Shown here one piece after another: positions 1 through 6,999 of a stretch of 8,026 nt of DNA. This DNA is from Octopus sinensis (lineage: Eukaryota). Numbering within the stretch: position 1 is the stretch's first letter; each line of letters starts with the position of its first letter. The stretch spans positions 1 to 8,026 of the forward strand of contig NW_021828620.1 in NCBI RefSeq assembly GCF_006345805.1, in the 5' to 3' direction. Below the pieces are notes generated by a model, which was given only the letters and a program-made list of their open reading frames with translations, had not been told where the DNA came from and searched no databases. The translations under genes were made by a program, and so were the position numbers.

Positions 1-447
1 TTAAACACGCTAACTTTCCTTTAATAAGGCCAAAGTTTTGTACCATTTGTCAGTTATATGAGCCTTGCAAGATATTGTCAAAGAATTTGAACATGGTTAC
101 AGAAATTAGAACACACCCGATCGAATATAATTGTTTACCGATGAAGTTTAAATGCCAGGACAGGGAAGCATTTTTTGAAAATTGAAAAGATAGATACAGA
201 AGAAAAAAAAAAAACATGAAGAAAAGAGGAACTATGAAATATTTTGTTTCTTCTTGTTCTTTTCGTGATTTTTGAAGTATTTGATTACGGTCAAGCTGGG
301 GCACCGACTAACTATAAGGGATTTTGTCAATCATGCGACGACCTACAGCATTAATTTCAGTTTTGTGGGTTAGTTTTTGCGGAGATTGAAAAGAGGAAAT
401 TGTAAATACTACCTGGGCGGTATTTGAAATCAGAACGTAAAAAATTA

Positions 448-602
448 TGTGTGTGTGTATGTGTATGTTTTTTGTGTGTGTTTTTGTGCATTTGCGTGTG
501 TGCATATGTGTGTGTATGTTGTGAGAGAGACAGACAGAGAGTGAGTGAGTGAGTGCTTGTATGTACACAAAAAAGCTGTATAAGAAAATATGTGCGTGTG
601 TG
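448..602. repeat. Compound microsatellite (TG)n/(GA)n/(GAGT)n
   Basis: Interrupted TG dinucleotide runs, then GAGA/CAGA and GAGT runs, read directly. Confidence 0.95.
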
Positions 603-629
603 TAGTTTGGTTGAACAGTAGAAAAGTAA

Positions 630-735
630 GCTGTTATGGTTTATGAAGTTCACTTCACAACAACCTGGTCTCAGGTTCGGTCCTATTGAGTGTCATCAGC
701 TTTGTATTGACTAATTGTTTGTGAGGGAAATTAGT
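630..735 (+). mobile_element. Highly decayed 5' fragment of SINE family 2 (tRNA-like head)
   Basis: gctgttatggtttatgaagttcacttcacaacaacctggtctcaggttcggtcc aligns loosely with the head of the 4748 copy (gctgtgtggtaagtagcttgcttaccaaccaaatggttccaggttcagtcc). ttgtgagggaaattagt resembles tcgtgagtggatttggt. Confidence 0.4.
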
Positions 736-744
736 TGGCAGTTA

Positions 745-843
745 GGTGCGGGCGTGGCTGTGTAATTAAGAAGCTCACTTTGCTACCACGTGGTTTTGTG
801 TTTAGTGCTTCTGTGTGGCACCTTGGGCAAGTGTCTTTTGCTT
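745..843 (+). mobile_element. Truncated SINE family 2 head (tRNA-like region plus CORE-like motif)
   Basis: gtggctgtg...aagaagctcactt...accacgtggtt...gtggcaccttgggcaagtgtctt matches 4748-4830 (tggctgtgtggtaagtagctt...ggcaccttgggtaagtgtctt). The ACCTTGGGCAAGT motif resembles the CORE-SINE domain. Confidence 0.75.
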
Positions 844-1118
844 ACAAGCAAAAGATTCAAGAATGGGAAAGAACTGAGAGATGATGCCAACATGGATAGC
901 AAAACAATAAATCTCATTTACTGAGGTGTCATGTGTCTACAATGTAACAAGAATTACAGTGTATGCACCAAACAGGACCAAAATTAATAGATTGGGTCAG
1001 GATACATAAACAACAAATCAAAGATAATCTATGTAGTGAATATCTAAGCATGTACACAAATGGAAAATTTTTTAAAAACCACCCTGTTTTATTTTTTAAA
1101 TAAAGGAAGAAAATAATC

Positions 1119-1528
1119 GGATCTTTTCGGTTTGAACGGCAGTTTTTTCTAGTGGTGTCATATGAAATTGTCACCCATAATTATGACCCTAGTATCGATC
1201 TTGCATTTCAATCTGTTTTAGGGTTAGGGGGGGGGGAGGGTATCTTTTTTTTCTTCACAAAGGTAAATAAACCCAATCTGTTTCTTAAACGAGGGGCATA
1301 TTCATACGGCACTGAATGTTTTTTTACCTCAATACACGTCATTGATTGGTTGAAATTGCAGAAATTGAAGAAAAATAAACAACAAATACCTTACAAACTA
1401 TAGAATTTTCTCAATAAAACCAAGAGAAAAAGATGTTTTATAAACACATTCTACCAGTATATGAAGTTTAAAATTTTTTAGTTACCTAGAAACTATGTTA
1501 AAAACTGCCGTTCAAACCGAAAAGATCC
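1119..1528. mobile_element. Non-autonomous DNA transposon (MITE), 410 bp, possibly Merlin/IS1016-like
   Basis: Perfect 29-bp TIR ggatcttttcggtttgaacggcagttttt (1119-1147) with its reverse complement at 1500-1528. Flanks aaataatc (1111-1118) and aaacaatc (1529-1536) form an 8-bp TSD with one mismatch. No transposase ORF. Confidence 0.9.
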
Positions 1529-1746
1529 AAACAATCAACTATAATTGGAAAAAAAAATACTTTATAAAATTTCTAAAACCAAAACTAATGCAGAAATAGT
1601 TAGCACCATTTCCAAAGCAACATAGTCTCAGAGGATTACTCCATAACCTATTTGTTTGAAATAGACTTTACACAGGGTACAAGAATTTCCTTTCAAATGG
1701 TTCATATAAAACTGTTTTTTTAAACATCTGTTTAATTAATAATTCT

Positions 1747-1997
1747 TCATCATCATCATCGTTTAACGGCCGTTTTCCATGCTAGCATGGGTTGGATGGT
1801 TTGACTGGGGTCTGGGAAGCCAGGAGGCTGCACCAGGCCTAGTCTGATCTGGCAGTGTTTCTACAGCTGGATGCCCTACCCAGTGCCAACCACTCGGTGA
1901 GTGAAGTGGATGCTTTTTTACGTGCCACCGGCACAGGTGCCAGGGGAGGCTGGCAGCGGCCACAATCAGTTGGTGCTTTTTACGTGCCACTGGCACA
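1747..1997 (-). mobile_element. 5'-truncated non-LTR retroelement (RTE-type SINE/LINE 3' part) with (GAT)n tail, copy 1
   Basis: The minus strand ends gttaaacgatgatgatgatga, with a palindrome ccatgctagcatgg near the tail. Clearly homologous to 3081-3354. RTE assignment is from recollection of the motif gttggc..gggcatccagctgtagaaac and the short-repeat tail. Confidence 0.8.
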
Positions 1998-2035
1998 TGT
2001 GATGGTATCATGTATTTTTTGTAAAATATATTTAA

Positions 2036-2088
2036 TATATGTATGTGTTTGTTACACACACACACACACATGTATATGTATATATATG
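2036..2088. repeat. Microsatellite (TA/TG/CA)n
   Basis: Read directly. Confidence 0.9.
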
Positions 2089-2149
2089 TTATCTTCATCT
2101 TTCATCTTTTAGTTGTTTCAGGCATTAGACTGTGGCAATGCTGAGGTGC
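2089..2149 (-). mobile_element. Isolated 3' tail fragment of SINE family 2
   Basis: The reverse complement gcacctcagcattgccacagtctaatgcctgaaacaactaaaagatgaaagatgaagataa matches the tail at 5090-5143 (gctccagcatggccgcagtcaaatgactgaaacaagtaaaagagtaaagagagt). Confidence 0.7.
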
Positions 2150-2251
2150 TCGGAAGAGTCCAAATATAGAGACCATGCCAAAGCAGACAATGGAAGTTAG
2201 CAGAGTCCTCTGACCTGCCAGCACCTATCAAACCATCTTACATGTGTATAT

Positions 2252-2481
2252 ATTTCTTTACTACCCACAAGGGACTAAACACAGAGCAGACAAACAAGGG
2301 GAAAACAAAGGGATTAAGTCGATTACATCGACCCCAGTGCGAAACTGGTACTTTATTTATCGACACAAAAGGATGAAAGGCAAAGTCGACCTTGGCGGAA
2401 TTTGAACTCGGAACGTAACGACAGACGAAATACGGTTACGCATTTCGCCCGGCGTGCTAACTATTCTGCCAGCTCGCTGCC
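2252..2481 (-). mobile_element. Full-length tRNA-derived SINE, family 1
   Basis: The minus strand starts ggcagcgagctggcagaatagttag (A-box-like, + coordinates 2461-2471) and has B-box-like gagttcaaattcc (+ 2397-2409). Perfect 16-bp TSD tcttacatgtgtatat at 2236-2251 and 2487-2502. Confidence 0.92.
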
Positions 2482-2502
2482 TTTTTTCTTACATGTGTAT
2501 AT

Positions 2503-2638
2503 GCATGCATAACCACACACACACACACACATCCACATATACAGATATATATACATACATATATATACACATACATAAATATATACATCTATACATATAT
2601 ATATATATATATTTATATACCTATATATATAAGTGTGT

Positions 2639-2688
<50 letters not shown>

Positions 2689-2775
2689 GTTATACATATA
2701 CACAAATATATATATAAATGTATGAATGCATATATGTGTATGTGTGGTTTGTGTGGTGTGTGTAAACATACACAT
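2503..2775. repeat. Compound microsatellite (CA)n/(TA)n/(TG)n
   Basis: Read directly; explains the HTHT/YIYI ORFs. Confidence 0.95.
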
Positions 2776-3029
2776 ATTTCTGTAAAGAAATACTCTGCTA
2801 TCCTTGCTAATTTATGGCTTAACACTCATTCCCCCCCACATAAGAAAAAATAAATAAATAAACAAATCAAATAGAAAAAGGAGGTTTAATTTTACTGATT
2901 TATTTCAAAGTATAATTTAATATGTATTTATTTACACTTTGTCTGTAACTATGGTGACCAGTTAACTTCCAAGGAATTAGCAAGTAAGAATCTATCCGTT
3001 CACTCAATTTACTAGAAATTTCTACCATC

Positions 3030-3428
3030 TTAACCTTTTTATTACCATATTTCGGTTGAAACTCTTGAAAATAATCATTGTCATCATCATCATCATCATC
3101 GTTTAACGTCCGCTTTCCATGCTAGCATGGGTTGGATGGTTCGACCGGGGTCTGGGAGGCCAGGAGGCTGCACCAGGCTCCAGTCTGATCTGGCAGTGTT
3201 TCTACAGCTGGATGCCCTTCCTAATGCCAACCACTCCAAGAGTGTAGTGGGTGCTTTTACGTGCCAGGTGAAGCTGGCAACGGCCATGATCGGTTGGTGC
3301 TTTTTACATGCCACCGGCATGGAAGCCAGTCAAGGTGGCGCTGGCATCAGCCACATTAAAAATTACTTGCTTATTATTAATTTGCTATCATGAAATTTTG
3401 ATGTAAGGTTTTTAATTCGAGCACTTTA
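3030..3428 (+). mobile_element. TTAA-initiated MITE-derived unit A, interrupted by the retroelement at 3081-3354
   Basis: ttaacctttttattaccatatttcggttgaaa...ttgaaaataat (3030-3074) and gaaattttgatgtaaggtttttaattcgagcacttta (3392-3428) align with units B and C. Confidence 0.75.
3081..3354 (-). mobile_element. 5'-truncated (GAT)n-tailed RTE-type retroelement, copy 2
   Basis: (TCA)6 tail on the + strand, then the same body as 1747-1997, including the palindrome at 3117-3130 and the internal subrepeats. Confidence 0.8.
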
Positions 3429-3791
3429 TTCTTTTACTTCTTTCAGGCATTTGACTGTGACCATGCTGGAGCACCACCTTTAATCAAGCAAATCGACACC
3501 AGGACTTATTCTTTGTAAGCCTACTACTTATTCTATCAGTCTCTTTTGCCAAACTGCTAGGTTACGGGGACGTAAACACACCAGCATCAGTTGTCAAGCG
3601 ATGTTGGGGTGGGGGAGACAAACACAGACGCACAAACATATATATATATATATATACATATATTCGATGGGCTTCTTTCAGTTTCCATCTACCAAATCCA
3701 CTCACAAGGCTTTGGTCAGCCCGAGGCTGTGGTAGAAGGCACTTGCTCAAGGTGACATGCAATGGGACTGAACCCAGAACCATGTGGTTGG
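3429..3791 (-). mobile_element. SINE family 2, 5'-truncated (A-box region missing)
   Basis: The reverse complement aligns with 4775-5132; the 3' 176 nt are about 90% identical by manual count (18 mismatches). Flanked by ttta at 3425-3428 and 3792-3795. Confidence 0.92.
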
Positions 3792-3940
3792 TTTAACACT
3801 TTTATTACCATATTTCTGTTGAAATAGTAATTTTTCAATTAACTTTGAAATTAATGGAGAATTTTGTCAAAATAACTGGTTCATTATTCATCTTGTATTT
3901 ATTTCACAGAATTTCATGTAAGGTTTTTAATTAGATCACT
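3792..3940 (+). mobile_element. TTAA-initiated MITE-derived unit B (no right end)
   Basis: ttaacacttttattaccatatttctgttgaaat...catgtaaggtttttaattagatcact, directly followed by the ttaaccc start of unit C. Confidence 0.8.
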
Positions 3941-4142
3941 TTAACCCTTTTGTTACCATATATGGAGATATACTATTTTTGTTACCATTAATTTTGAAAA
4001 TAATGAAGAATTTAGTTGCTGAATTTTTCATCTGGTGTTTGGAAAATAAAATTAACATGGATTTCCATGGAAACAGGTTTTAATTTAGATTTTTTTAATT
4101 TTAAACATAGAACCTCAGTCAGGTTGTTATCAAAAGGTTTAA
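3941..4142. mobile_element. Complete TTAA-flanked MITE (unit C), piggyBac-like termini
   Basis: TTAA at 3941-3944 and 4139-4142. TIR cccttttgttacca (3945-3958) versus the reverse complement of 4125-4138, accttttgataaca, 11/14 match. Confidence 0.65.
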
Positions 4143-4144
4143 AA

Positions 4145-5365
4145 GAAGGACATGTTGGACAATATTGACCTGAAGCAAAGTTGTGTTGGTCATGACTGGA
4201 ATGTTTTGATGATATGTTTGCTTAAACATTGTTGGCCTGGAGGATAATGAGCAGTGATTATAGATACTAATATTAGTCATTTTGCAATACATTTGATTAT
4301 GTATCCCTAGATACATTATTTTTGAATATTTGAAGGGTTTTTTCAAAAACCTGGAAGGCATTTGATCATGGTCTGTCTGGATCAGGACTAACTTGTGGTT
4401 AAACGACAACTATAGCCACTAATACTAACTACTGTACTAAACATTAAATAATTTACTGTTAGATATACTACATCCAAATAAAAGATGGGATGGTTACAGT
4501 TGGAACACCTTTGATCATGGGTCTGCCTGGAACAGGACTGACCAGGGGTTAAATGACAACAACAATAACAACAACGGTGTATGCTATGTCAGGTTGTGTT
4601 GTTAGTTATAAAGTGTCTGAATAAAAATTAAGATGGCCATGGCCTTTGATCGTAGAACTATTCAAAGAAGCTTGACCTAGGGCTATACAAACACTACCAA
4701 CAACATGCGAAAAAGAAATGCAACAAAACTTTATGCTATAAGTTAGATGGCTGTGTGGTAAGTAGCTTGCTTACCAACCAAATGGTTCCAGGTTCAGTCC
4801 CACTGCATGGCACCTTGGGTAAGTGTCTTCGACCAAAGCCTCGTGAGTGGATTTGGTAGACAGAAACTGAAAGAAGCCCGTCGTATATATGTATATATAA
4901 ATATATGTATATGTATGTGTGTGTGTATATGTTTGTGTGTCTGTCTTTGCCCCCCCAACATCGCTTGACAACCGATGCTGGTGTGTTTATGTCCCCGTCA
5001 CTTAGTGGTTTGGCAAAAGAGACCGATAGAATAAGTACTAGGCTTACAAAGAGTAAGTCCTGGGGTCGATATGCTCGACTAAAGGCGGTGCTCCAGCATG
5101 GCCGCAGTCAAATGACTGAAACAAGTAAAAGAGTAAAGAGAGTATAAATAGTGCAGGATAGCCGTGGTTGGATTGTCTTTAATAACTGGTCTATTTGATC
5201 AGTGCTGGTTGACATTGGACTGGTTAATTAAGACAACAGGGACTATTACGTTATAGCAATCAAAGTATGTACTCCAGTAATTAGTGTGTCTGAATAAAAG
5301 GTGAGATGGTCACGATTGGAATGCCTTTGATTATAGCAAAACACATTGGGCTACACAACAACCAC
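4145..5365 (+). repeat. Decayed tandem array, block 1 (about 6 units, interrupted by the SINE at 4748-5143)
   Basis: Recurrent motifs ctagatac / tgaataaaagatgggatggtca / ctggaatgcctttgatcat / ctgacc.ggggctaaa / (caa)n at about 4185, 4288-4410, 4441-4575, 4600-4704, 5155-5238 and 5265-5362. Confidence 0.8.
4748..5143 (+). mobile_element. Near full-length tRNA-derived SINE family 2 with internal microsatellite
   Basis: A-box-like tggctgtgtgg (4748-4758), B-box-like ggttcagtccc (4791-4801), CORE-like caccttgggtaagtg, internal (TA/TG)n at about 4884-4940, and 3' tail aagtaaaagagtaaagagagt. Lacks 17 nt present in the minus-strand copy. Confidence 0.92.
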
Positions 5366-5534
5366 ACTATTAATTCTCAGCTAAAGATTTTGTGCCTCCC
5401 CATCTGCGTTTTCTCCCACCAACTCCGACAACAATGCAACATCATATATTACAGCAAAAATGTGGAAAATGTCGCTTTTAGCAGAGAGACAGATTCACTC
5501 ATACCAGCGAGTGCATAGACATATATTATTAACA

Positions 5535-6183
5535 TTACACACACACAGGCATACACACACATACACATACATACCACACACATACACACACACACTCACT
5601 CAAAATGCGTAGATAAATATCTCCATGTCTTTGTATATGTATAAATGTATGTATGCATGTGTGTGCGTGTGTATATATGTGTATATATATATATATATAA
5701 TATATATATATTTATATATACACTCCATATATATATGTATATATATTATATATATATATTTATATATACACTCCATATATATATGTATATATATATATAT
5801 ATTTATATATACACTCCATATATATATGTATATATATATATATTTTATATACACTCCATATATATGTATATAATATATATATATTATATATATATATATA
5901 TTTTAATATACACTCCATATAATATTTATATATATATATATATATACTACATATACATTATATATATATGTACTCCCACCAACACACATATATACATATA
6001 TATATATATATTATATATATATATATATGTTATATACATATATATATATACATACATACAAAAATGCTAATACATCCCTACATACATACCTGTGAATGTG
6101 TATGTGAATGTGCACATGTGTGTTTATATATGATACACACACACACACATACACACACATACACACACATACACACACACACA

Positions 6184-6215
<32 letters not shown>

Positions 6216-6333
6216 TACATCTTGGTGTTTGATTTTTTTTCTTCCTAATCTTTTCTCCCTTTTCTGCTTTCTCTCTACCCACCCACACTACACCACCACA
6301 CCCTTCTCTTTGCTTCCAAACTCCATTTCCGTT

Positions 6334-6364
<31 letters not shown>

Positions 6365-6503
6365 GGTAGATAGACAGATAGGTAAAATAGATAGATAGAT
6401 ACATACACATACATACATGCATATATGGATATATATATATATATAGAGAGAGAGACATACATATATCTATATGTGTGTGTGTGTGTGTATGTCTCTCTCC
6501 TCG

Positions 6504-6553
<50 letters not shown>

Positions 6554-6630
6554 ATATTACACACATATATATAAATATATAATATATATATATATAATAT
6601 ATATATATATTATGCATACACATATACACA
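5535..6630. repeat. Large compound microsatellite block: (CA)n, (TA)n with embedded minisatellite, (TAGA)n, (GA)n, (TG)n, (CT)n
   Basis: Read directly; a short pyrimidine-rich spacer lies at about 6220-6330. Confidence 0.95.
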
Positions 6631-6699
6631 TCATTCCCTTACTGTTTTTTCTGTGTCTTGTTTTAAATCTTTAGTTTATATTTATTTTATTTTATTTTT

Positions 6700-6784
6700 T
6701 TTCTTTATCTTCTGTCTCCCTTCGCCGACATTGATAGATGACATGGGAGTCTGCAACCAGCTTTGTCCATCCATCATTCTCTGA
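6700..6784 (-). mobile_element. Possible 3'-end relic of an RTE-clade LINE
   Basis: A minus-strand frame reads SENDGWTKLVADSHVIYQCRRRE, reminiscent of the A.DR..W..LV end of RTE ORFs, followed by an A-rich run. Weak similarity, from memory only. Confidence 0.3.
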
Positions 6785-6884
6785 GTTTCTTTTCCTTACC
6801 AATAATGTCTAGCTAGACAACAACAACCAGTTAGACAACATGAGGAAGCAGCAATAGAAGTCCTAGCCAAATTCTATCTGGAAT

Positions 6885-6912
6885 CACACACACACACACA
6901 CACACACACACA
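6885..6912. repeat. (CA)14 microsatellite
   Basis: Read directly. Confidence 0.95.
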
Positions 6913-6999
6913 AGCTACTATCTTTCAAAGAAAGAAAGTAAGAAGAAAAATGATAGGAAAGAAAAAAAAAAAAGAAAGCAATAGAAGGAAACAGAAGTA

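Noticed and set aside
3-185. Stop-free frame KHANFPLIRPKF...EAFFEN at the window start
   Set aside because: About 60 codons with no recognisable similarity; compatible with chance.
234-354. Secreted peptide M-x-ILFLLVLFVIFEVFDYGQAGAPTNYKGFCQSCDDLQH
   Set aside because: It needs a 1-nt frameshift after the ATG at 234 (in-frame TGA at 235-237), and the hydrophobic stretch is explained by a T-rich tract.
1218-1229. True telomere or chromosome-fusion scar
   Set aside because: Only two TTAGGG units, internal to a TIR-bounded element.
1152-1403. 83-aa ORF inside the MITE as a transposase
   Set aside because: Too short, no DDE-like motifs, and it reads through low-complexity G and T runs.
1763-2112. 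ORFs on both strands, with paralogous ORFs at 3096-3393
   Set aside because: They lie in two copies of a non-coding retroelement tail; frames and lengths differ between copies and no domain is recognisable.
2454-2853. ORFs rich in YI/HT/CV (also 308-653 and 5600-6674)
   Set aside because: These are translations of dinucleotide microsatellites that lack stop codons in some frames.
4748-4830. SINE heads (also 2397-2481) as tRNA genes
   Set aside because: Only A/B-box-like motifs remain; I see no complete cloverleaf, and they continue into repeat bodies.
4737-5147. tataa (4737-4741 and 5143-5147) as TSD of the plus-strand SINE
   Set aside because: Only 5 bp in AT-rich DNA, and not exactly adjacent to the recognisable 5' end.
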